DNA of 64,000 nucleotides, from positions 15,004,001-15,068,000 of the forward strand of contig NC_135256.1 in NCBI RefSeq assembly GCF_964204865.1, read 5' to 3'. This stretch comes from Styela clava (lineage: Eukaryota). The notes under the pieces were generated by a model. It saw only the letters and a list, made by a program, of their open reading frames with translations. It did not search any database and had not been told where the DNA came from. Positions 12,010 to 27,000 of this stretch are shown one piece after another (position 1 is the first letter of the stretch; each line of letters begins with the position of its first letter). Both the position numbers and the translations under genes were made by a program.

Positions 12010-15000
12010 TCAACGCCAAGCAGGTGCTGCTTTTGAAGGTGTCTTTGTTTTATTTTTTGACTTGATAGACATTTGACTTGTGCTCAAAGATGTCTCATGA
12101 TTCTATAAAAAAAAAAAAGGACATCAGTTAGTTGTGATCTGTGACATATTTATCAACGGAATACAGTAAGAAATTACTGGTTTGCAATGCGCCTGTTCCA
12201 TACTTCCTCTACAGTTAAGTATATATGAGGAGCCATGGCTACTCTTGAAAATAAAGGACAAATGTAAGACTATTACAAGCTACAGCTTTTTAATATTAAT
12301 GTGAACTAGGCCCATGCTCTGTACCTCATCCAATGTTTAACAAAGTGTCGGCTCCTCTGGAACTTTATTCAAACTATACACAAATTAGACATGCCAAGAT
12401 TTTAACTCCATGCTAGATGGCTCTATAATTCAAGTAATTCCTTGAGTGCAATAAGCTTGAGCTACAAATAAAAATAATATTTACCTTTTGTTGCGATTGA
12501 GCTAAGTATGATAAAAGTTTCTCTGCGGCTTGTTGTGTATTACCATTCATATATGATCCAAGCATGCGTGATACATCACTCAACTGAATTAAAAATGAAC
12601 CAAAAAATTAGAGTGATCTTTCTTCTCTTCTTTTGAAGGTATGAAATGAAATGGTTGTTGAAGTTAGGGGTGATGCACATTTGTGTGGCAAACTTATTAT
12701 GTTTTCGAGTAGGGGATAACTTTGTGCAAGAGGATAACTGTCAAATGGTGCGTTTATCAGATATGTTTTCTCCCACCATCTGGGTCTGAGTACACATACC
12801 TGCTTTTGAGTAACTTTCCCAAAGGATTCAGTTGATGTTTCCAGATCTTTCATTGATAACTGCGGTGGAATTTTTTTCGGAGATTTAGTAACTAAATTGT
12901 TGGCTTGTTTTGGAAAGCTATTGAACTGCTGTGGCCTCATTCCGTTTGTCATTTTAACTTGATGAAAAGCACTACCAATGTTAGATGAGGACCTGTTAAA
13001 AATAAAGTATAATAACTCATCAAATTATGTCCAATCACCTGGTAACCAATCTGACATACCTAAATCCTATAAAAAAAATCCTAAGATCGATAAGTAACAA
13101 TACAAACATTCTAAAATGAGATTAGACCTAAACTCACTTACAAGCAACTAAGCTGATAGCACTTCAACATAAAAGTTACCTTTGAGGCATTCTCAATTCA
13201 GAATCGATCATTTGTTTCTGAGGAGATTTTTGGGTCTTAGTCTTTTCAACAGGTATCAAATCTGGTGACGGTTCAGCTGAAACATATTATTCAACAGTAT
13301 ATGAACATACATTGAAATAAATATATAATACTTACTAACAAATTAACAATACAAATCTGCAATAGCTTGCATGATCATAAATATGTTCAATAGTAGGTAC
13401 AAAATTAGTAACACTATTTATAGGTGAATATAGCTTGTATTTTTTTAAAGTTCGCTCAAAACAAAGGAAACAAGGGCTATTGCCTTTAACCAAAAGTGGA
13501 AAAAGTACTGTCAGAACAGTAGTTACTACAAATATTAGAAATTGCTGCTTACTTTTTAATTGCTTGTTCAAAAAGTTGATAACATCCATAGCCATTTCAG
13601 AAGTAACTCTAGTAGGTTGAATGAAGTCATCATCATCATCATTTTCCTTATTTTCATCTATAGTATTTTGTGATTGATTGGGAATGACAATAGGAGATAA
13701 TGTAGATATTGCAGGAGGTGGTACTGGTTGTAAAGGTGCGGTAACAGGATGAGGGGCATCAATGGGTTCCCCAGGAGATTTATCCAAAAGCTGGAAAAAT
13801 GAAATATCAGGGTGTAAAAACACTATTTCCCAGAGATGCATCCAAGCATATTACTACTATTTGACATGACCAAAGTGGGAAAACCAATGCAGGTTTATAT
13901 TCCATGTTCTAAAATAATGTAGTAAAAAGAATAATATGTTGAAAATCTGTTATTTTTTAATTGTCACAAAATGCTTAGTTGATTAGAATTCTTTCATATT
14001 GAAGTACTGGAAATTTAAAATTGATTGATCATTCAGTATCCAGTAACATACCATTTTTATATAATGCTGTAAATATTGATTTCTGTCTCCTTCTTGTGAT
14101 AAGCTTGGTGATATTGTGTTTTCACCGCTCACTGGTAAAACTTGTGCAGGTGTCATGCTAATGAATAACAAAATACTTTGGTTTAGTGTTATAGAATGAA
14201 TCCCCAATCAAATGCATTTGAATTTTCTTATGATAACTCATGATCCACTAATGCCATTGAATATTATAACATTAGATACACAGATAAATGCTAGGTTTAT
14301 GTTGCTAAAGAATGCGAAAAATTTCAAAGATCAAATATTAAGAATACAAATTATTAATAAAATACAAATGAACAATAAAGCTATCAAGCTGCCAATATGC
14401 ACTAAATCTGGAAAATGCCTAACACAAATTATGTACTGTATGGGAAAATTTGTACTGAAAAAAATTGAGGCATATCTAAAAATTTATCTTCACATCTTTG
14501 ATCTACTTGGAAATCTAAATTGTACATAACTTTAACTTACGACACTCCCATAGGTAAATTGACTTCAGTTTCAAATGTATTTTGTGTTATATGCTGCACA
14601 GACCGAGTTGGTTCCTTATAACTGAATTGAGTATGTTGTTCATTGATAAAACCATTCTGAGCTTCTGTTGTCCTTGTATCCATTTGATTTCTTACAGTTG
14701 TACTGGAAAAAACACAGGGGTGCTATGTGAAATAGCAAATATATGCACAAAGGTTAAATTTTTCCAAAATTATTATATTCATATGAAACTAATTCACACC
14801 CTTTTTCCCAATTAGGACCATGTACAAGCATCTACTGATATCTGACGTCATGTCAGCGGCTACTATATTCTGAAGAACTGGAATCTTTCTTGCTCGCCAT
14901 CACCCACCCAATTTGTTACACCTTAGGAGGTTCTGTTGTAAGCATAGGATTTGAACTTGAGATATCACATATTCAAAGGTTATTAAAAATAATATCGCTA

Positions 15001-18000
15001 CAATTATAGATAACTATGCTTGGGTATAATAATCATACAATAGCACAAACTGAAGTCAGAACTCAGTCCGTAGCTGTGCCTAATGGTTCTAGGAAAATTC
15101 ACCACAGGAAATTTCGCCGAATGAAAAATCGCCTTATTTAAAAAAGATTCATTATATAAGAGCATACCCTAACCCTATAAACCTAACTGTTTTAATCACA
15201 AGTACGGTATTTGTTTTACAGCAAAATGCTCTTGCGATTTTTCCTATGCAGCAAAATTTTTTGCAGCGAGATTTCCCTCTGGCGAATTTTTCGGACATGG
15301 TGCCTAACATCTCACAGGGATTATCAAAAATTGACTACTCCTTGTCATTAGTAAACTTTGAGAATATCATGCTACGACTTATACCATATAAACTATTTTC
15401 TGTTTTCAATTTTACATGATGTTACTTACTTCTTAGATGTTTCATTTATGATTGAAGAACGAAATGATTCCATGTGATCTCCATTTACTAAAATACAACA
15501 ATATTACTGTTTCAACATTTGGTAAATGAATTCTGAATATACAAAGGTATGTCATTGGCGTGAATGGCACAATTTCAGCTTAAACCGCTGGAATAACATA
15601 ATGAAAAACAAATTCACTCAAATAACTAGTTGCAAAAGGCCGATAAGATTTGTTTGTACACTAGGAGATGGACATTTCGATTAATTAAAATTGTTCAATA
15701 ATGAATTGTGTCAAATACTCTATTACAATAAATAAACTGGCAAAATTTTAATGAAATATTTATCTACTTATATGTTTCACGTATAAAATCTATTACATTT
15801 TTTAAATAGATAATTGAATCTAAACACAAAAACAATGACTATAATCATATGACAATACTATTTGAAATCTGTTTATACTGTTCAAGCGATTCTATAATCA
15901 TTTACAAGTTTTTTTTTCAAAGAGATAGAAATTACCTTTGCTTTTGATCATACTGTGACATCATTAGGAATATACCAACCTGTAGCACTTGGAATGAATT
16001 CTGACATGTTCTGCTGATGAGACTGGTTAATTGGCATAGGTGCCTGATATGCAGAAAACGAGGTAGGCAGACGAGATGATACAAATGGATAACTGGAGGT
16101 ATTACTCAGAATTGAATTGGTGGCTTTACTATGACTATCCTTAGTCTGTTCCAGCAGGTTTCCTAATTTTCTGCTGGTGCCTGTCTGCCTTAAGGTGTCT
16201 TGCATTGTGCTATTTAAATTCTGTGAAAAAGTTATCAGTTAAGATTGTAGAACAGATCATCTTGATGTAAATACAAGTAAGCAAATTTAATATACATACT
16301 GAAATGTCATGCAATGTGCTCCCAGGTAAATATGTTGAACTTCTCATATCTTGAAGCATATTTGAAAGAGTACCAGATCGTATTGGTCGCATCGGTGTAT
16401 TACCAGTTGTGTTTCCGACTACCTGCAATATTATAAAAGTATAAATGACTAACATGACAAAATTGATTTTATGTGTCATCAATAATAAGGTGATATTGGT
16501 CATTGTCATTCACCTGGCTAGAGTAGCAATGTTTATTCGTAAAAATTGGACTCTTTCTTCAGAGCCGTGTTTCCCAACCTAATGAAAATTTTCTTAAAAC
16601 ATTTGTATTTTGGAAAAAATCTGAAAGTTACTGATTTTATTTTGTAGTAAATTTTGTTGTTCATTTTATATTTGGTATTGAAATTTTGCTCAATAGTAAT
16701 TGTATATGTGGGAAGTATCACAGCGCAAGAACTTGACAGCATATATTTTGCTTATTGAAGCGATGTCATGATTTCAATAACCAGCTGATGGCAGACCATC
16801 TCACTAATGCAAGTTTAAAAGTTTTGTTGAAATAAATGTTATGTAAAAATGATTGTTTTGTATTTGTAATTTAATTCTTCAGCCATGAGCGCACTTCATG
16901 TGGTTTAGTACCGCATGCGAGCATATCGTTGGGCCGTGAGATTTTACAAAATTTATTTTCTTAAATGTCGCTTGAAAAAAGATTAGGAACCACTGCTCCA
17001 AACAATTAATAGTATCTGTTTTTGCATTGATGACAATATAATTTCAGGCAAGTAATAAATTATGAAAGCAATTTCAAACTGACAGGTTCATCATTGACTT
17101 TTTGTCTAATCTAGAGCTTCGTTCATAGTGAAGATATAAAAATATTTCATAACAAATACCTCCAATGTCTCGTTGTAATGAGCTTGAAGTAGATTTTGCA
17201 TTTTGTTGATCATTTGACGTCTGAGGTTTTCTGTTTTTTCCTTCAATCTTGACAAAAACAGCAAATGAAAAGTAAATCAACAGAGCTTAGATGCCTGTGG
17301 TCTAATGCAAATTTCATATGTCAACAAGGCATGTTTTAAATAAATTTATATATGATTAATTATACAATACATTCGTAAACATGGATATTTTATAAAAATC
17401 ATTGGCTTCTGAAATGGTCTAATTGCGAATTGTGATCATGGTCAAATTATATCTTCATAATGCTTCAGCACAATTTATCTTTCGTTACATGGAATCCAAA
17501 CAATTTATGAATATGGAAGATTCTAGCCATACTTCACAAAATGAAATAGTAGCATAGTAATTTCTTGTTCCTAAGTGACAATTATCCATTAGAAAAAAAT
17601 TCTAATTTGCAGAACATACATCTCATCAAATTTTCTTTCTTTATCTTCTAAATCCTGTTTCCATCTATGTTCTAGTTGTTCAATCCTATCTTCATACAAG
17701 CTACATTGACTTTCCAGCTCCATTTGATGACTCTTTGTTATATCCATCACCTGTATCATTTAATTAAAATACAATTTGATCTCACAGTCAAAAATCCACA
17801 AAAGATTGCCTGTCACAGAATTACTTGAGTTGGTCAAATTGACTTCAAAAGCAATTTTGAGTTTAACTATACTTACTGAACCAATGATTCAGGGGTACTT
17901 CACACAGAATAATACGTATAACATAATAAATTTTTCCCCTCTATTCGCCACTGATATATTTGGTATGAACTACAACCTGTATTTCAACAACAGTGGAGGT

Positions 18001-21000
18001 CTACTCTATTGTCCATTCCGAATCATACTTTAAAAATTCATATAGGCCATGGTTTATAATAACTAGGGCCAGTATTTGAATTAGATTTCGAATCTAATGA
18101 TATTCAATTTTGATCAGTCTTGATAAGGGTGTTGTTCAACAATGCATATCATGCCCAAAGAATCTCTGAGTAGGAAGTCAAATAGATAGCACAATTTTTT
18201 TACAAAAATTACACTTGTATAAATAATAAAATGTCTCACATCCCATTTATGCACACCTGTTTATGATGTCCATCGCGAAGTTCTTTTTCTTTATATTCAG
18301 CTTCTTCATGAAATTTTGATAGTTTTTCTGTAACCTATGAACAGAAAATATATGCAATTTCATTTAGATATTTCTGCACTAAAATTAAAAAACAGAAACA
18401 ACATAACTCATGTCAAAAATAAGATGCGTGACAAACTTGAAATGGGTAATTCAGTCCACTGACTCTGAATTGTTTTACCCAAACACTGCTATTCACTTTA
18501 TTATTGCTAAATTTGGAAAAATGTTTTGACACCGATGTGATCTGCAAGACTTCTGTTCATTTCTAATGTTTGCTATTTACACTTCAAAAAAGTTAAGGTA
18601 TGTGAAAAATTTTTGTATTTCATGTCAATATATCTTTGTTGTTGGATTAACAAGGGGTACTTCAATATTCTAACATTAGGTTCGACAAATAATAGACTAC
18701 AGTGCAAAAACAGGTCTATTTACCAATGATGACACTTTTCATAACCTTTCCGTGTCAACAAATCGTATTTAATAACTGAGAGTGCCTGTGATTACTTCAC
18801 CAAAGCATTATTTCTCATGTATCAAAGACTCCCAAGTTTAAACGTCTAATAGATTTTAGCTTCATTACAAAACATTAGAGTTTTGCAGTTTGTTTAATTT
18901 TTTATGTTAAATGACAATTGCGCGTTTCCGGGTATTTTTCCATTTTATTTGTGTGCTCTTGTCGGATATACGTTTAAAACGCCATTTTCAAAATTATTTA
19001 AAGGTGTTTTATTACCAATGTTATTACCCAGTTGAAGATCAAGGTGCATTAAAACAGTTAATAATACGTAAACGTGTTTTTATAGGTTTATATCACGTTT
19101 ATAACAAATATTCCATTTTCGATACATCTACCGCGCATACGTGAGACACGATATAAGTTGATTACAGTCACAACCGTTGCGGGCAGCCTAGCGCGGCGAC
19201 GCGTGACTGAAAGACGGATATTAAAATGTAAACAAAGTTGCTTTTGACTTGAAAACGTTTACGCGGTAGTTTCTTGTGGAACGTTTATTTGTGATCGCCG
19301 AAATTGCTTTGTGTTTGTTTCATTTCGTTTTTGACGAAGCAGACAACAGTTTCGTATGACAAGGGAAAGCGTGAATTATAACATGAGGCAGCTCCATGTC
19401 TTACGAATACTAGCTGGTTTTATATTGGGTCTGAGCGGGAATTTTATTCACCAGATGATCTCGGGAACAACTTATCTGGACATTCCATCTTTAAAAAGCG
19501 CTCAATATGGTTGTTCACCTTGTGAAGACCCTAATAAAATACGAGCAAAGCCGTGTCCGTATTGCGGCCCGGAGAAAATGACAATGGAGAATGATGGAAA
19601 CATTATTGACGCTTACAAACCAAAAGGAATGTATGAAATAACAAGATGGTATTATTTTGATGAGGCCTATTTATATGACATCATAAACGGTGAACCAAAA
19701 GTAAAGTTAGCTGGAAGTTATTATGAAGAAACTCATGCGGTTACACAGGTCGCATTGGAATATATCAATGCTAACAATATGTTAGGCAAGAAGTGGCATC
19801 TTGTGGGAATAGAAAATGGCTATATGCGGACTGATGTTTTTCGTGGTACAGACTATATATTGGATGTTGCAGTGAAGTCGGTGGAAAAGTACGAGTCAGA
19901 ATCAATACATACAACTTTCAGGGTGAGAATGGTGCACGCTTTTCAAGAAAAAGGCAGCAGTCTGAAAGTGACATCTCAGCACGTTGAACCAAATATTGGA
20001 ATACATATTATCGCTCCCGTGTCAGGGGTATGTATGTTTTTTGCAAGGACATATTGCAAAGAATGAAATATATTGTTATTAGGCGTAATGACACTGTATG
20101 CAGTGGAAAGCATATCTGTGATTTCGTGGGGAGCCATTTTTTATTATAAATAAAAATTTGTTATATTATAATAAGGTAATATGATGTCATATTCGGTATT
20201 TCACACAATGTAAAATACCTAGTGTGAGGTCATATTGGTTCCATGTGATTTACATTATGATGTCACATAGGTCTTTTCATATATCTATGAAACCTATTAT
20301 GATGTCAGAAATGGATTTTTTTTTCATTTGCATCAAATAAAAAATTGCAGTTTTTTAATCTTGACATTTACATTGGAAATTACAAAATTAATATAGTAAT
20401 ATTTATTTTTCTCAGGATGACATGGCCCTGGAGAACTTTGTAAAAATCTTTGCAGAAAGACGATCAACCAGAGATAAGTTGACACTGGTTTTGTTCAATG
20501 GTAAAGGACATTTTGGAGATCAAAGCATAACCTTGAAACCAAAAGTGGACGAACTAATCAATCAATTCCCAAATTCTATGATAAATGTCATTGAAGCAGA
20601 AGGTCAGTATCTTTTTAACAGTGACCTTAAATGTTGCATATTAAATTCTTAAGCTGGAAACATTAGCCAGAAGTCAGAACCCTGTGCTGGTGGTGTAAAT
20701 ATGACATTTACAAATAACTTGGCAACTCGCATGGCTAAATACATCACAATAAATAACCTACAAAATATTGGTCAAGAGTTACTGGAAAGAGCTATTTTGT
20801 GTACTTGTTGTATCATTTGTTACTTTCTTTTTAGGGGACTACAATTTTTTGGTGGGAATCAAAGAAGCATCAAGAGGAGTCGACAATAATGACATAATTC
20901 TGACACTCAACATTGACATGCATTTCGGACAAGATTTATTGAAAACATGCAAACTGATATCCACACCACAAAAGAGGGTATATTTTCCTATAGCATTCAG

Positions 21001-24000
21001 TCAGTACGACCCTGAAATAATTGAAAGGGGTATGCCACCAGGAAAACCAAAGAACATAAACAAAATGGACATAAACAAATTTACTGGTTATTGGATGCAC
21101 AAGAAACACAACTTCATATGTGCATATAAAGAAGATTTAACCAAAATTGTAGACGGGGTTTTGGTATCGATTGAAAGTGCACAAACTACGGATCATTCAA
21201 AAGAAGGAGGCACAGATATATACAACTCCTTTCTTTCGGATAATGTTGAAGTCATCTCTGCGGTTGAACCTGATCTAATTCGTATTTATAGACAAAGAAG
21301 TTGTGATAGACGTTTTATGGTTGATGAGGAATATAATTATTGTTTCAAAACTGCAGCAGAAATGTTGGGATCTAAGCCAACTTTAAGTATATTATATTTA
21401 ACTGAAATAGCTTTGAAAAAGGTTTAATTTGTTATTTAATATATTAGGACAGTCAGGAATCATCTGGTGTTTAAAAGAAGTTTTATCTATATACCATTTC
21501 ATCATGGTAGATTAATTCAATTCTGTGTAACAAGTCATCTTGTTATCAAGACTTAAATTTAGATTTTCATCAACCAGCGAATCGCCTCTTTCAGCTATCT
21601 TTATTACTTTTTTGAGTGTACTGTATGTGAAACAAAATGACCACTGTAGCTATGAAGTGATCTTCAAGATACCTTTTATTTATTATATTTATCAAGAAAA
21701 GTTTGAATATAGCCTATTATGCTGAACAATGAATTTTTATATGGCTAATGATTAACCACAAATCCGTTGAACAATGCGGAAGATAAACAAATTGGTAAAC
21801 CATTAAATATGTATGGCATGCTTTATAAAAATGATGAATTCAAATATTATTAGATGCCATATCCTTCAGTTAATTAATGTTCATTTTCTCTGTACCATTT
21901 CAATAAAGATCATAGTCCATAACATTAGTTTTTTTCCGGTGAGAAATTAATTGTTAAACTGCTTTTCACATTATCAGTAAATCTATTTGTGATTCAGTAC
22001 CAGGCAAACTTTTATTCAATCATATATTTTATTCTGCTTTTTTAATAATATGGCCATTTACACATAATGTCTAGCTATTTTGTATGATGTAATTCTGGCT
22101 AAAATGTTAGGTTTGTATAAATAAGTAAGTAGGGGAAGTATTGCACTAAATATTATTACAGCGGCAGACTTGCCAAATGGTACTTTGAAAAAATTATTTC
22201 AAAAAGTGAAATATCGGAACTATGCACAAGCAGGTGGGAGAATTTATCGCAACATAATAATAAACATGAAGCAAAGAATTTGAATCGACTTTCCTCAGAG
22301 GATTATGAAAACTATGGATACTGCTTGGAAAAATGAAAGCACTTTCTCCATTGATGAATTGCTAAATATCACACATTTGTGCAAATCAATGTTTGTATGA
22401 ATTGAAGTAAACCAGTACCATTAATATAGCAATAGGCAGAAAAGCAAGTCACAAAAATTAAAAAGCAGTTTTGTAGTTGAGTACAGGTACATAAAATTCT
22501 TTTCTAAAACTCCTGCTTGCGAGTCTAACGAAAATGTTCAATTGATCAACCAGCAACAGCAGTGATTTGTGACAAAATAAAATCAGATAATATTGCAGAA
22601 ATACCCATTTCTGCCTTTTTCAAGCATCTTAAAACCTCATTCTCTGGTATTAATAATGTATGGCTATCAATTGAGTATTCACTTACACAAATTCTCAGAT
22701 TATACATCAGAATCATTCCATTTCAAATGATATGTTGTCAGACTTCTTATCTTACTGTATATTAAGTCGCAAAACAAACTCATCTATGATCTCTATAAAA
22801 ATTGCATTACAAATATATTCAATTTTGTTCCCTGTGGAAATGCGATTTTCATGACAAATTCCAAGAATGTTACAAATTCACCTAATTTTCTGCTAATGTC
22901 ATTGTTTATGTGACATAAAATTTTAGATTTGTTATGCTATGGTTCTGAACAATTTGTAACTAAGATAAACATAGCAGTGGTACGAACATAATATGAAACT
23001 GCCAATATCCAACCGAGATAGCGATCAGAGACTGCTGACTTATCGATCTATCATTGTGCATCCTCCATAGCGACACTGCGTGGCCCATCACTAATTAATT
23101 AATAACTCGCTAATTATATGACATAATTCATCCAAAATCAATAGGCTTCTGGTCCGAGTTATGATGAATGCACATGCAAAATTTGGAGCAGATTAAACCT
23201 CGCTTCCGTGAGATATCGCGTAACATACGAAAGTGTCTAACAGACAGACAGACAAATACCAATCAACATACTTACCGATCAAGATTGATAAGTAATAAGC
23301 CAGTTCGAAAATAAAATTGATACAAGTATCATATCCATATGGCACAATTACTACTGCATTTACTCTGAGTGCCTTGGCCGAGTACTCGGAGTTATGGGGC
23401 TAACTCAACAAGTGTTATTAAAGATCTCAAGTCTCTTAAAATGGTTGAGCCATCTGTGCCTGAAATTTCCGAATTGTTGTCTAAAGACTCTTGAGCAGGG
23501 GTGTGCAACAGGCGGCAACCATTTAGTGTTGCCCTTGTACCATGAAATCCCAATATGATAGTTTATGTTTAGAAAGCTAATGTGGGAAAAAACAACAAAA
23601 TGCTCTAATGTCCGGATAAAATATTTTGCTGTTTTGCTCGGTGCCTTTATTACTGGAAAAGTAAGCGATAGTCACTTTCTCTTTTCTTGCAGCGCTCTGG
23701 TTGTCACTAATTTTTTAATTCGTTGTGTACATGGGAAAAAATTATTTTTTGCGCGGTCCAGCTAGATGCCTGAGGCCGCCCTGATTTTGGTTATATGGCC
23801 CCCCAACAAAAAATGTTGTTCTGCGAGCTCCCCATCTCAACCATGAGAAGGTAAATAAATGTGTTGGGTAAACTTGAATATGATTGACTATTATAGTCCC
23901 CAAATGAAAACTTTCAGATATGACAAACCGCCACTTACAATAAATGAGATACAAGGTAGGAATTCCTGCATGACGTAAAATACCCAACCTAATATCATGT

Positions 24001-27000
24001 GGAACCTGGGATTGCTAGCATGCACTCATAAATATGGTTGGAAATATAGTTCCGAATTATTTTAAATATAAGATGCAACCTTTGAAAGATGATCCTGCAT
24101 ATATGACTTTCGGAAATGGCTTCATGGCCGCAGAAAACCAGGACATTGATCCATGAAATTTTTTTATGTGAAGCGTTTTCTCACCTATACTATTATACCG
24201 ACACCTTTTGTTATGTCATAATCAATATATGATTAATACGTATATGCTCGTTTTGTAGCCCGGGCCCTTATTCAAGCACGGGCGCTTGTTATTTTTAAAG
24301 TAAAATTATACACAAAAATATATTAAAAAAACATATATATGTAGATAAGATCGATCTTTACAATAATTCATATATTGTTATTTCCAGTCTCAAGTATGAT
24401 TTGAACGAGAATAACAAAAATTTTGACTTTTTCTACGCACCCCAGGTACAATTCCGCAAAAAAAGAAAAGTTTTGCGACACCTTATCAATATTGAAACAA
24501 CGCACTTGGGCGTCGCGACGCCCAGTTTGAGCGGTTTGAGAACCACGGTGTCACATGATCAATGCTATTTGTTGTGTAATTGGACGCCTAAGGCGTGAGG
24601 GTTATCTACCAGCGCTTCTTATTTTCTATTGTTCTCCACCACTGAAAAATCAGCTTTTACATCAGGCGGGTATTCAAGCACCGACCCTTATTTAATCTTA
24701 TGTTCAGTTCACACGGGCGGTTATTCAAACGGGCCCTTAACCTAATGACCCCTGGTGTTCCTGGGTCATTTTGACATCCCTTTATAATTTTTGAATATTT
24801 CACCAACCAAAAATGCTAAAGACATCATTAATGTGTCCCTAAAAAGCTTATTTTCCCGCTTTCCACTAAAACGCGCCCACATTACGTAGCGTAAATGCGT
24901 CCGACCATATGCCAGTAAGAAGTGAGAAATTTCAAAAAATTTCGAGAAAAAGTTTCTCACTTTTAACGCTGTGGTCAACACGTGATTGATATGCGAGAGA
25001 AAGAGTTTTCCTTTGGACGAGTTTTACGTCACCTTCAAAATAAAACAAAAGTGGGATTTGTAAGTGAAGTGATATTCGTTTTATCGAAGAGCATTTGATC
25101 GCGTGCTGTCTGGTATCTTTGTTTGTTTATTATGAGCCGGAGAACGTTGCTCGCGCGTTCAAAATACTTAGTTTTCAACTAACAACAGATATTTGTTTAT
25201 TTTTAAGCTTTGAAATACTCATACAAATAAATTTGACCTTGTTGCAAAATAAAATTATACATAAAAAAAATATGATGACGTCACCGTAATTGAGAACACT
25301 CGGATCAAGCATGGATAATTTAAACTCAAACATTTTGAGTTTTGAAATTGGTTTTGTTCACATGCAGACCACTATGAAATACTATTGACCCCCCAAAATA
25401 GATTTAATTTAGCCATAATCCCAAATTATGACACAGATCTGCCATTCATGACCAGGCCGATCCTAGAGAGATCGGGCGGTAAAACGAGTATATACGGTAT
25501 GTCAATTTAACATCTACCATTAGCTGCACTTGCCTGTACAGTGTACAGTCTTTAAACTATTCAAAATGCAGAAAAATTTTCCAATAATTTGAATATCACT
25601 GAGCTGAATCAAATCAAGGTTTGTCCAATCCGCATAGTCCCGGTTTTTTGTTTCATATATATGGTAAGTCTAATCCAAGTCCAAAACATTCTTACCTTTT
25701 TCTCCATTTCAATCTGATGTTCTGCTTCCATTTTACGAAGAGCAGCAGAATATTTGGTTTCTTCCACCGAACCCTGCATTTTTAAACTATCGATGGTTTG
25801 TCGAAGTGACCCCATTAGATCTTCAAGTCTTGTAACTTCTTGTTGCGTTGTAGACAACATCTTCTGTAAATCATTATTTCGACTTTTCTCTTGATCATAT
25901 TTTGCCTGAAATGAAAATGAGAACAATAATTTATCACTAAACGTAATCTTTTTTCTACATCATTTCTTCATGTATTTCACCCGGAAGAAGGGTCGGTACA
26001 ATCAGATACTAACATGTAAATGCTAGTTTCTTAAAAGGACTAGAATAATTTCGGTTAACATTACCTTTTATTTCGCGCAGAGTGAAATGGAGGGCATGCT
26101 ATTTTGAAGCCAAAGCTTTTACCAGCTTGGCTCAGAAAAAAGCATTTCAAATAATATAAGCAGTGAATTGAGACTTTTATCAATACTGTCATTGGAAAAG
26201 GTGCTGTATAGTTATTTTTTGTTTTTGTTTTTCTAACTACAACCTGATGATGCTTTTCTGTATGAACATTTGATTCTCACCAAATAATAACATTATTAAC
26301 ATGAGTTACTCTATCTGCAAGAACTCAGGGGAGCGCGATAGCCTAGAAGTTAAAGCGTTAGACTCAAATATGCTGGCATCGCAAATGACTAGGGGTGGGC
26401 AAAATCGAATATTTTTTTCGAATCGAATAGTTCGAATATTTTTTACGAATACCGAATAGTCGAATAACGAATATTTTTTTTTAAATACAACGGGGGTCCG
26501 TCGGAGGTCGATACTCCCTTCGAAAATTAGAAGAAACTTTGAAAAGTCGACAACAAAGCGTTTTTTATTTACTGGTTAAGTTCATTAAAATCGCTAATTG
26601 TTTTTGTCGCCGCGATCCTAAAGTTCGTAATCTGTATTCCCGCCCGATTCATCTTTTTGAAAGTATTAATTCTTGCGGGTCGGCGGACATCGAAGTTTTA
26701 TATATTAGGTATACCCGTGCGTTGTCGTTGGAAATTTTTTAAACTGTAAAAGTCGCCAATAACGCGTGCGATAGCATTTTGCTATAATCGTCGATTGTTA
26801 TTATCAGTGTGACGTGGTATTTAGGCCGTAAACAACTGTATGTTCGTTTTATTTTCTCTAAATCAAAAATTTTCCACAACGTTGTGCGACGTTAACGGTG
26901 ATAATTATTTTATTTTTGTACACACACGGAATTGCGAATCCGGCGATATTTAAATTAATATACGTTCATCGGCGGCGAGTTTCTGTGGACAACGCAATTT

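Noticed and set aside
12010-18334. A separate minus-strand gene starting near 18900
   Set aside because: No valid first coding exon was found there. The 18334 exon splices in frame from 25696 and continues centrobin similarity.
26400-26475. Repeated cgaata units resembling a CRISPR or iteron array
   Set aside because: Short irregular subterminal repeats of a hAT element, mirrored at 28505-28570. No constant repeat/spacer period, and the context is eukaryotic.
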